64,000 bases of DNA from Limisphaerales bacterium (GTDB lineage: Bacteria > Verrucomicrobiota > Verrucomicrobiia > Limisphaerales > AAA164-E04), in assembly GCA_965221075.1 (NCBI GenBank), contig OZ244865.1, positions 132,043 to 196,042 of the forward strand, in the 5' to 3' direction. The number at the start of each line of letters is the position of its first letter. Position 1 is the first letter of the stretch. The notes under the pieces were generated by a model. It made no database searches, had not been told where the DNA came from, and saw only the letters and a list, made by a program, of their open reading frames with translations. Shown in pieces: positions 10,519 through 19,038 of the stretch. Both the position numbers and the translations under genes were made by a program.

Positions 10519-11766
10519 ATGAACAGAACTCGCCTTCTTTCCTGTCTTCTTCTCGGACTGCTGCTCCTGCCCTCCCGCCTGCCGGCCCAGGTGAAGCTGG
10601 GGAGCGACGTCCTTGCCGAACGCAAGTTCATCTACCTGGAGAAGTACGCGAGGGTGGGCCTCCTGACCAATCCGAGCGGCGTCGACCGGAAGGGCGCCAC
10701 CTCCATCGAGCTGCTCCACAAGGCCCCCAACGTCAACCTGGTGGCCCTCTTCGGCGCCGAGCACGGCGTCTACGGCGACATCCCGGCGGGCAAGGAGTTC
10801 GGCGACTCGATCGACCCGGCCACCGGCCTGAAGGTCTTCTCCCTCTACGGCCCCGGACCGGTCCGGGAGCCCACTCCGGAGATGCTCTCGGAGATCGATG
10901 TCATGGTCTACGACCTGCAGGACACCGGGGCCCGGTCCTACACCTTCATCTCGACCATGGGGCGGGCGATGGAGGCCTGCGGCAAGGCCGGCGTCGACTT
11001 CATGGTGCTCGACCGCCCCAACCCCCTGGGCGGCCTGCGGGTGGAGGGGCCCCTCTTCGATCCCAAGTTCCGCTCCCTGGTGGGGTACTGGCCCATCCCC
11101 TACGTCTACGGAATGACCTGCGGGGAGCTGGCCCGGATGATCCGGGGGGAGAAGATGATCCGGACCCCGCCCCGGCTCCTGGTGGTCACCATGGAGGGAT
11201 GGCGGCGCAACATGGTGTGGAACGACACCGGGCTCAGGTGGAAGCCCACCTCGCCCAACGTGCCCCGAGGCGACTCGCCGCTGTACTACGTGGCCACCGG
11301 AATGCTGGGGGAGATCGGCGGCGTCGACATCGGCATCGGCTCCAGCCGGCCCTTCGAGTACATCGCCCACGACGGCATCCAGGCGGACAGGCTGGCCAGC
11401 TGGATGCAGAGCCAGAGGCTGGAAGGCGTCGCCTTCCGGAGCCGCACGGTCGTCTCCCGCCGGGGAAGCTCCAAGGGCCGGCCGATACCCGCGATCGACA
11501 TCCAGTTCCAGGATCCGGCGCGGGCCCCGCTCACCCCGATCAACTTCTACCTGCTCCAGGGCCTCAAGGCCGTAAGCGGCATGGACCTCTTCCTCGAGGC
11601 CCAGAAGCGGGGGAAGAACTGGAGCATGTTCGACAAGGTCAACGGCTCCGACGCCACCCGGCTGTCCCTGCAGGCGGGAGATCCGGTCCCGCGGATCGTC
11701 GACAGCTGGAGGACCGGGGTCAGGCAGTTCAGCGAGCGCCGCAAGCCCTGGCTGATCTACCGGTAG
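10519..11766 (+). CDS. DUF1343-family protein (NamZ-like exo-muramidase family), secreted
   Basis: Start taken at MNRTRLLSCLLLGLLLLPS, a signal peptide. DUF1343-like blocks VGLLTNPSGVD, LFGAEHG, VYDLQDTGARSYTFISTM and VLDRPNPLGG. Confidence 0.75.
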   Translation: MNRTRLLSCLLLGLLLLPSRLPAQVKLGSDVLAERKFIYLEKYARVGLLTNPSGVDRKGATSIELLHKAPNVNLVALFGAEHGVYGDIPAGKEFGDSIDPATGLKVFSLYGPGPVREPTPEMLSEIDVMVYDLQDTGARSYTFISTMGRAMEACGKAGVDFMVLDRPNPLGGLRVEGPLFDPKFRSLVGYWPIPYVYGMTCGELARMIRGEKMIRTPPRLLVVTMEGWRRNMVWNDTGLRWKPTSPNVPRGDSPLYYVATGMLGEIGGVDIGIGSSRPFEYIAHDGIQADRLASWMQSQRLEGVAFRSRTVVSRRGSSKGRPIPAIDIQFQDPARAPLTPINFYLLQGLKAVSGMDLFLEAQKRGKNWSMFDKVNGSDATRLSLQAGDPVPRIVDSWRTGVRQFSERRKPWLIYR

Positions 11767-11812
11767 GGGAGCCGCCCCCCTATCCAGCGCCGGACCGCGA
11801 GCCGCCGGCCGT

Positions 11813-11841
11813 TTGACGGGTCCGGGGCCTCCGTCCATGAT
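11813..11841 (+). promoter_or_regulatory. Possible sigma70-like promoter (TTGACG-N17-CATGAT) 9 nt upstream of the TTG start
   Basis: TTGACG at 11813..11818, a 17-nt spacer, then CATGAT at 11836..11841. The same arrangement recurs at 14417..14445 upstream of the second paralogue. This is a motif match only. Confidence 0.25.
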
Positions 11842-11850
11842 CCCCGGCGC

Positions 11851-13434
11851 TTGAACCTTCCGGCCATCCTGCTCCGGGAGCTCCGGGCCCTGTGCCGAAG
11901 GCGCTCCACCTACGGACTGCGGCTGGCGCTGGCCGCGGCGGCGGTCCTGTTCTGGGCCCTCTGGTTCCTCGGCGGCGCCTCCTCCACGAACGTGCTGTCG
12001 GGCATGGGCCTGGCCGTCCAGCTGGCCTTCAGCCTGACGGCGGCGGCCGCCGCCTCCGGCTCGATCAACACCGAGCGGAGGGAAGGCACGCTGGGCCTGC
12101 TGCTCCTGACTCCCCTGCGCCCCTGGGAGGTCCTGGCGGGCAAGCTGGCCGTCCAGCTCTCCCAGTTCCTGCTCTGCCTCTGCTCCATCCTGCCCATCCT
12201 CTTCCTGCCCCTGCTGGCCGGAGAGGTCGATCCCGCCTTCGTTGCCCGGCAGCTGGCCGGAATCCTCGCCGCCTGCCTCCTGGGCACGGCGATCGGACTG
12301 TGCGCCTCGGCAGCCTGCCTCCAGGCCAGCGCTTCCCTGATCCTGGCCGTCCTCTCCCTCCTGCTCCTGCACATCGTCCCCTACCTGGGATACGCGATCC
12401 TCGAGGACAGCGGCGTGTTCCGCTCCCTGAGCTTCTACTGGGTCGGACCAGTCCTGCTCACCCTCTCCGAAACCACTCCTCCTCCTCCGGCAAGCTTCGG
12501 ATCCTGGACGCTCAACATGGCCATCGCCACGGGCATCTCCCTGATGCTCTTCGCCCTCTGCAACCGCCTCTTCCTTGCCCTATGGAGCAGCAAGAAGCAG
12601 GCGCAAGCCGCGTGGAAACCAAGAAGCTCCGGGCAAGCGAATCCCTTCCGACGCTCTCCCCCGTTTCCCGAGGATCCCCCATTCCCCGAGGATCCGAATC
12701 GAAACCCCTTCCTGATCCTTCACCGGCGGCGCCGTCCCAAGGCACGCCTCCTCGGCTGCTGCTCGGGAATCTATCTTGCCGGCTTCGCCTTCTACCTGGC
12801 CCTCGGTCCCGGGAGCTTCTTCGTGCCCCTGCATGCCGTCCTGTGCCTCCTTCTGCTGGCGATCTACATGAAGGCTCTCCTGGAGGCTCCCCAGCCGCTC
12901 TACCGGGCCCGGCAGTCCGGCATGCTGGAACTGGTCGCGGCCTCGCCCCTTCGCCGCAGCTTCCTGCTCGCCGACCTCGCCGGAACAACTGGGAAGAGGA
13001 AATACCTGCTCCTCTTCCTCGGACATCTGCTGTCCCTGATCGGCATCTGGACCCTCCCCATTGTGGTCATCCTTTCGAGGCGGATTACCCAGTTCCTCCT
13101 CGACTTCTACCTCTGCTTCCACGTGGGGCTGATCCTATCCCTTCCGCTCGACCTGCATCTGATCAGGACGCTGGGCCAGTGGAGCGGCCTGCGCCATGGA
13201 CACCCCGCCTATGCCTCCATGATCCTCCTGATCCTCTTCTACCTGCTCCCATTCCTCTTCCTGATCCTCTCCATCCTCACCTGGACTCCAATCCAGCCCA
13301 TGATGATCATCTACTTCGTGTTCCGCACCCTGCTGGCCCTACCCCTCCTGCCCTGGTGCCGAAAGAAGGCCCAGTCCCTGCTGGGCGCTTCGCCTCTCTT
13401 CCCGTCCCCATGGACGGCGAAGCCGCGCCCCTGA
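11851..13434 (+). CDS. Internally duplicated ABC-2-permease-like polytopic membrane protein (array 1, copy 1)
   Basis: 527 aa with a TTG start. The first module has N-terminal NLPAILLRELR and ERREGTLGLLLLTPL, both ABC-2 permease hallmarks. A second module begins NPFLILHRRRR and contains RQSGMLELVAASPL. Many hydrophobic helices. No ATPase gene is adjacent. Confidence 0.7.
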   Translation: MNLPAILLRELRALCRRRSTYGLRLALAAAAVLFWALWFLGGASSTNVLSGMGLAVQLAFSLTAAAAASGSINTERREGTLGLLLLTPLRPWEVLAGKLAVQLSQFLLCLCSILPILFLPLLAGEVDPAFVARQLAGILAACLLGTAIGLCASAACLQASASLILAVLSLLLLHIVPYLGYAILEDSGVFRSLSFYWVGPVLLTLSETTPPPPASFGSWTLNMAIATGISLMLFALCNRLFLALWSSKKQAQAAWKPRSSGQANPFRRSPPFPEDPPFPEDPNRNPFLILHRRRRPKARLLGCCSGIYLAGFAFYLALGPGSFFVPLHAVLCLLLLAIYMKALLEAPQPLYRARQSGMLELVAASPLRRSFLLADLAGTTGKRKYLLLFLGHLLSLIGIWTLPIVVILSRRITQFLLDFYLCFHVGLILSLPLDLHLIRTLGQWSGLRHGHPAYASMILLILFYLLPFLFLILSILTWTPIQPMMIIYFVFRTLLALPLLPWCRKKAQSLLGASPLFPSPWTAKPRP

Positions 13435-14133
13435 TCCTGGGCCTTGCCGTCGTCCCCGCTGCGGCAGGGGCTCCGGCTGCCCGAAGCCTCCGCGCAGATC
13501 CGGACGTGCCCGTCAAGGCGTCCGGCTGCTTCCATCGGCGGCCGACGGCAGATCGCCGGCTGGCTGGGCCTCCTCTTGACGAACTGCCGAATCCGGCCGC
13601 GCGACTGCACCCGTGAATCCAGCTCTGCCTCCGGTCCGCTTGCCTTGCCTCGGGATTCCGCCGGTCCCGGCCCTCGGCTCCGCCCGCTCCTCAACGGCTC
13701 CCGCCGCTTTGCTCGCTTGCTTCGCCGCTGCCATGTCCGAAGCGGGCCTCTCCTCGCCGCACATCGCCGCTGCCGGGTCCATGGTCCATTCCTTTCCGAT
13801 GCGGCCCCATGCAGCCCCATGCACTTCCGTGGCAGCGACAGGGCCTCTCGGATCCCGACGGTGGACCTGCGCGCATGCCTGGGTGCTTTGTCGCCGTGGC
13901 GCCCGTCCGTGCATCGCCATGGCGGCACGCCCGGCGCTGCCTTCGTCCATGGGAATGTCCTCGTCAATCAGACCATATAGCATCTCGACGCTCTATGGCT
14001 CCGCCCACACGCACCGCTGCCGGTGGCGCATGGCTCGCGGAGCAGCTTCGATTGGCTCGTCCTTCGCTCCAGAGAACTTGCTACATCCTGTCCAGCCCGC
14101 CAGGGCCCGCACTCGCCGTCATTGGAAGAGACG
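13435..14133. repeat. Copy a of a ~0.7-kb non-coding segment duplicated downstream of array-1 copies 1 and 2
   Basis: By-eye alignment to 16024..16719. Shared blocks include cccgtcaagg..ccggct.cttcc..ggcagatcgccgg..ggcttcctcttgacg, ctctcggatcccg.cggtggac.tgcg, atggctccgcccacacgcaccgctgcc and cgtccttcgctccag. Confidence 0.75.
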
Positions 14134-14370
14134 GATCGACATCCAGCTCCAGGATCCGGTACGGGCCCCACTCGCCCCGATCGACCTCCACCTGCTCCAG
14201 GGGCCCAGAAGCGGGGGAAGGACTGGAGCAAGTCCGGCAAGGCCAACGGCTCACACGCCGCCCGCCTGTCCCTGCAGGCGGGCGATCCGGTCCCGCGGAT
14301 CGTCGGCAGCTGGAAGATCGGGATCTGGCAGTTCAGCGAGGGGCGCATGCCCTGGCTAAACTGCTGGTAG
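14134..14370 (+). pseudogene. Decayed 3' fragment of the DUF1343 gene (duplication-junction scar)
   Basis: Translations IDIQLQDPVRAPLAPIDLHLLQG and GKDWS..NGSHAARLSLQAGDPVPRIVGSWKIGIWQFSEGRMPWL match the C-terminus of 10519..11766 (IDIQFQDPARAPLTPINFYLLQG...GKNWSMFDKVNGSDATRLSLQAGDPVPRIVDSWRTGVRQFSERRKPWL). The fragment is frame-broken and has no 5' part. Confidence 0.75.
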
Positions 14371-14454
14371 GGGAGCCGCTCCCCTCTCTGGCCCCGGACC
14401 GCGGGCTGCCGACCGTTTGACGGATCCTGAGCCTCCGTCCATGATCCCCGGTGC

Positions 14455-16023
14455 TTGAACCTTCCGGCCATCCTGCTCCGGGAGCTCCGGGTCCTGTGCC
14501 GAAGGCGCTCCACCTACGGACTGCGTCTGGCGCTGGCCGCGGCGGCGGTCCTGCTCTGGTCCCTCTGGTCCCTCGGCGACGCCTCCCCCACGGAAGTGCT
14601 GTCGCGCACGGGCCTGACCGTCCAGCTGGCCTTCAGCCTGATGGCAGCGGCAGCAGCAGCCGGCACGATCAACACCGAGCGGAGGGAAGGCACGCTGGGC
14701 CTGCTGCTCCTGACTCCCCTGCGCCCCTGGGAGGTCCTGGCGGGCAAGCTGGCCGTCCAGCTCTCCCAGTTCCTGCTCTGCCTCTGCTCCATCCTGCCCA
14801 TCCTCTTCCTGCCCCTGCTGGCCGGTGAGGTCGATCCCGCCTTCGTTGCCCGGCAGTTCGGCGGAATCCTCGCCGCCTGCCTCCTCGGCACGGCGATCGG
14901 ACTGTGCGCCTCGGTAGCCTGCCTCCAGGCCGGCGCTTCCCTGATCCTGGCCGTCTTCTCCCTCCTGCTCCTGCACATCGTACCCTACCTGGGATACGTA
15001 TTCCTCGAGGACAGCGGCGTGTTCCGCTCCCTGCGCTTCTACTGGATCGGACCCATCCTGCTAACCCTCTCCGAAACCAAGCCTCCTCTTCCGGCGAGCT
15101 TCGGATCCTGGCCGCTCAACATGGCCATCGCCACGGGCATCTCCCTGATGCTCTTCGCCCTCTGCAACCTCCTCTTCCTTAAACTGTGGAGAAGCGAGAA
15201 GCGGCCGCAAGGCGCGAGGAAGCTGCTAAGCGCCGGGAAGGCGGATCCCCTCCGCCGCCCCTCTCCATTTCCCGAGGATCCGGACAGCAACCCCTTCCTG
15301 ATCCTTGACCGGCGGCGCCATTCCAAAGGACGCCTCCCCGGCCATTGCTGGGCGGTCCTACTCGCCGGTGTCACCTTCTACCTGATCCTCAGCTCCGGAG
15401 AGCTCTTCGTGATCATGCATGCCGTCCTGTGCCTCCTGCTGCTGGGGACCTACATGAAGGCTCTTCTGGAAGCATCCCAGCCGCTCTACCGGGCTCGGCA
15501 GTCAGGCATGCTGGAACTGGTCGCGACCTCGCCCCTTGGCCGCAGCCCCCTGCTCGAAGATCTTGCCGGAACCACTGGAAACTGGAACTTCCGGTCCCTC
15601 TTCTTCCTGCATTTCCTGTCGATCTGCTGGATAGCCAAGACGGAGATCCTCTTGAAACCGCATCCCTACGACAAACTCCTCGACGAGTTCTTCTTCTTCC
15701 TTCATCTGGGACTGGTTTTTTCCCTTCTTCTCGACCTTCACCTGATCAAGGCGCTGGGCCAGTGGAGCGGCCTGCGGCACAGGCGCCCCGCCTACGTTTC
15801 CATGATCTTCCTGATCCTCCTCTACCTCCTTCCTTTCCTCTTCTTGATTCCCGACATCTTCTCCGGGGACCTACTCCTCCGCTCAATATTCATATGCTTC
15901 GCGATCCGCGCACTGCTGGGCCTCCTCCTCCTGCTATGGTGCCGAATGAAGGCCGAGTCCCTGCTGGGCGCTTCGCATCGCTTCCTGTTCCCCGAGCAGG
16001 CGACACAGCGCACCTGCTCTTAG
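14455..16023 (+). CDS. Internally duplicated ABC-2-permease-like membrane protein (array 1, copy 2)
   Basis: 522 aa with a TTG start. The N-terminal ~230 aa are nearly identical to copy 1, and the C-terminal half is much more diverged. It has the same motif pair: ERREGTLGLLLLTPL and RQSGMLELVATSPL. Confidence 0.7.
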   Translation: MNLPAILLRELRVLCRRRSTYGLRLALAAAAVLLWSLWSLGDASPTEVLSRTGLTVQLAFSLMAAAAAAGTINTERREGTLGLLLLTPLRPWEVLAGKLAVQLSQFLLCLCSILPILFLPLLAGEVDPAFVARQFGGILAACLLGTAIGLCASVACLQAGASLILAVFSLLLLHIVPYLGYVFLEDSGVFRSLRFYWIGPILLTLSETKPPLPASFGSWPLNMAIATGISLMLFALCNLLFLKLWRSEKRPQGARKLLSAGKADPLRRPSPFPEDPDSNPFLILDRRRHSKGRLPGHCWAVLLAGVTFYLILSSGELFVIMHAVLCLLLLGTYMKALLEASQPLYRARQSGMLELVATSPLGRSPLLEDLAGTTGNWNFRSLFFLHFLSICWIAKTEILLKPHPYDKLLDEFFFFLHLGLVFSLLLDLHLIKALGQWSGLRHRRPAYVSMIFLILLYLLPFLFLIPDIFSGDLLLRSIFICFAIRALLGLLLLLWCRMKAESLLGASHRFLFPEQATQRTCS

Positions 16024-16719
16024 GGTCTTGCCATCGCCCTCGTTGCGGGAGGGCTCCGGCAGCCCGAAGCCCGGCGCGGATCCAGACGAGCCCGTCAAGG
16101 AATCCGGCTTCTTCCTTCGGTAGCTGGCGGCAGATCGCCGGTCGGCTCGGCTTCCTCTTGACGTACTGACGAATCCGGCCGCTCGGCCTGCGAGCAGGAA
16201 TCCAGCGCCACGTCCGGTCCGCTAGCCGTGCTGCCGGATCCAACCGATCCGCCGCTCCACCCGATCCTCCAATGCTCCCTCCGCATTATTCGCTGGCTTC
16301 GCCGTAATCATGGGCAAGTCCGCCTCCTCCTCGCCGCACGCAAGCGGCGCCGGATCCGTCCCTACCGATGCGATCCCGAGCACGTCCTTGGCGGCGATAG
16401 GACCTCTCGGATCCCGGCGGTGGACTTGCGTGCTTGCCTGGTTTCCTGGACTCCATGGAGCCCGTCCGTGCCTGGCCATGACGGCACGCCCGGCGCTGAC
16501 TTCGGCCATCGGAAAGGCCTCGGCATTTCAGGCCATATTCAGCCCGACGCCCGATGGCTCCGCCCACACGCACCGCTGCCGACGCCTTACCGCCGCCCTC
16601 TCGGCCGGTGGCGCACGGCTCGCGCATTTGCGTGGATTGCCTCGTCCTTCGCTCCAGGGGACTTGCACATCCTGTCCAGCCCCAGCCAGGGCCCGCTCTC
16701 GCCATCTTGGCAGAGCCGG
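16024..16719. repeat. Copy b of the ~0.7-kb duplicated non-coding segment
   Basis: See copy a at 13435..14133. Confidence 0.75.
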
Positions 16720-16912
16720 ATTTCCTACTTCTTCGGCTTCCGGATATTCAACAACAGCGCGCAATTATGCGCAGCCCTGTCGCAACGCTTCGAAAAGACC
16801 TCCTGAGGCAGCCGAAAGCCTCATTGGCAGAGACGGCTCCCGCTCCTGGGGACGGGAGAGCTCGACTCAGGCCGGGAATGCGGGTACGCTTCCGCCTGCC
16901 GCGCCTCCCTTC

Positions 16913-18580
16913 ATGAACCTCCTGACCATCGCCGCGCGGGAAATGCTTGTCCTAAGCAGGAAGGGGGGCACATACGGGGCGAGGATCACGCTGGCCATCC
17001 CAGTCCTACTGGCCTGGATGCTCTTCGCCCTGATCGTCCAGGAACAGGGAGACCATGCGCTCTCCATCCAGGCTGCGGTCTGCCAGATTACCCTCGCCTT
17101 CGGCGCAGCCTTCGCCGCATCCGACGTCATCGGTTCCGAAAGGAGGGAAGGCACCCTGGGCCTGCTGCTCCTGACCCCCCTGCGCTCCTACCAGGTCCTG
17201 CTGGGCAAGCTGTTCTCCCGCATCTCCGAGCTGCTGCTCTGCCTGTGGGCGGTTGTTCCCATCCTCGCGCTGCCGCTGCTGGCCGGGGGAGTAGGCCTCT
17301 CCGACGTGGCCATGCTGTTTGCCGGAATCCTCGCCGGCTGCCTCCTGGGGGCGGCGATAGGACTCTGCGCTTCTGCGATCTTCCGACGGGCAGCCGCCTC
17401 GGCCTGCCTCTCCTTCGCCGCACTTCTGGGATGCTACCTCCTGCCCTTGATCTTCGTCTGGATCTTCTGGGGTCGTGCCTCCTTCGAACGCGTCTTGGAA
17501 TATGCGGTGCAATGGTCGCCGGCCTCCGTCATCAACTTGTACGCATACAGCCGTTCCCTGGAAACCATGCACTGGTTCCTCGCGATGGCGGTTCTTGGAG
17601 GGCTGACGCTCTTCTTCCTGCTGCTATCCATGCTGCTCTTCTCCTTCGCATGGATAACCGAACCGAACTCGGGAACGGTCCGTCCAAGCAGGAAAACCAC
17701 CAGCGGGCCGCATTCTCCCCGTCCCCCGATCGGAAACCCGGACAATCCCGCCCGAGTCCTCCACTCCCGACACCAGCGCAGCTTCCTCCTCTACCGAATC
17801 TTCACGGGGATGCTCCTCCTCCCCTGCATCCTCATGCTGCTTCTAGTCGTTCCCAGCTACTTCCTCCAGTACAGCGAGCATTTGGACTACTCGCTGGGCG
17901 ATGGGTCGCCGTACATCGTCTCCCTCTATCTGCTGGGCTTGCCCCTGGCGGCGCTGGCCTACTACAGGGCTTCGCTGGAAGCTCCCGCCATGATCCAAGA
18001 ATGTCGCAAGGCGGGGTTGCTGGAATTGCTGCTGATCTCGCCTCTTGACCGGAAGCTCGTCCTCTCCGGACTGAGCCATCCCGCTGGCACACATCTTATC
18101 TGGAGCGGTTTCCTCATCTTCTCCTGGCATGCCCTAGCCCTCGCGGGCTGCATATGGGATGCATTTCTCGGCAGATCGTTCGTGCAGTCGGGATGGTGGG
18201 TGCTTCATCTGGGCTGCGCCCTGACCCTTCCCATCGAATTGCTGTCGATCCGGAGCGCGGGCCTGTGGGGGGGGCTGAAAGCGAAGCGGAGCCTCAGAAC
18301 ATCCCACGTCATCTTCCTGATCCATTTCGTGGCGCCTGTCTTTTCCTGGTGCATGATCACCGCCCTGGTCGATACGCTCTGGAGAAGATCTCCTCCATAC
18401 GAGGAAGGCTGGATCGTCTGGCACCTGTCGCGATTCCTGGTCTCCTGCACCATCTGGCTGGTGTGCAGTATCCGTCTGCGACAAGCCTTCGTGGACGGAC
18501 CAGCGATCCGCTCCCTGCCGTCCTGTACCGGCTTGCCGGATCGGGAACGGGAGCCTTTCGGCCTGGCATCCGCCAGCTGA
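16913..18580 (+). CDS. Internally duplicated ABC-2-permease-like membrane protein (array 1, copy 3, more diverged)
   Basis: The ATG at 16913 gives MNLLTIAAREMLVLSRKGGTYG. First-module motif SERREGTLGLLLLTPLRSYQVLLGKL. The second module has NPARVLHSRHQRS and CRKAGLLELLLISPL. About 555 aa. Confidence 0.65.
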   Translation: MNLLTIAAREMLVLSRKGGTYGARITLAIPVLLAWMLFALIVQEQGDHALSIQAAVCQITLAFGAAFAASDVIGSERREGTLGLLLLTPLRSYQVLLGKLFSRISELLLCLWAVVPILALPLLAGGVGLSDVAMLFAGILAGCLLGAAIGLCASAIFRRAAASACLSFAALLGCYLLPLIFVWIFWGRASFERVLEYAVQWSPASVINLYAYSRSLETMHWFLAMAVLGGLTLFFLLLSMLLFSFAWITEPNSGTVRPSRKTTSGPHSPRPPIGNPDNPARVLHSRHQRSFLLYRIFTGMLLLPCILMLLLVVPSYFLQYSEHLDYSLGDGSPYIVSLYLLGLPLAALAYYRASLEAPAMIQECRKAGLLELLLISPLDRKLVLSGLSHPAGTHLIWSGFLIFSWHALALAGCIWDAFLGRSFVQSGWWVLHLGCALTLPIELLSIRSAGLWGGLKAKRSLRTSHVIFLIHFVAPVFSWCMITALVDTLWRRSPPYEEGWIVWHLSRFLVSCTIWLVCSIRLRQAFVDGPAIRSLPSCTGLPDREREPFGLASAS

Positions 18581-19038
18581 GCGTCGCTGCGCCGAAATCC
18601 CGACCGCCTCGGGCCTCTCGTGCTTCAGAGCGGGAACGAGGCTCGTACCCGGTGGAGCGCGAGCAGGTCTGCTCCCTCCTCCCGTCCTCCTGCCATGAGA
18701 CTCCTGACCAGCCTCGTCGGGAAAAAGCGCGTTCTATGCGGAAAGGAGAGCACGGCGGGCGCTGGCCATCCCGGCCCTCGTGCCGAGCTGGGGATTCTTT
18801 GCCGGTCCCCGAAAGCATCCAATGTCCGCATGCTCTTCTTCGTGTCCCGTCCGACAGGCCAGCCTCGATGGCTGCACCGCGTTGCGCATGGGTTGCTGAA
18901 ACATGCCTGCGGCCGGTCCGGTGCGGGCGCGGGGAGGAGATGCGGCCGGGCCCCGTCCGGCAGGAAGGCGCCCGGATCCAGACGGTCCTCGAAGGGAAGC
19001 CGAGGGCCTATGCCTCCGTCTGCCGGGAGGGCAGGGGG

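Noticed and set aside
13513-13983. Minus-strand ORF (156 aa) whose translation resembles that of ORF 16222..16509(-), considered as a conserved small gene between the paralogues
   Set aside because: The plus-strand frames are equally 'conserved' between the two copies, so the similarity is explained by the nucleotide-level duplication. The ORF lengths and ends differ between copies, and the composition is Ala/Arg/Gly-rich and not protein-like.
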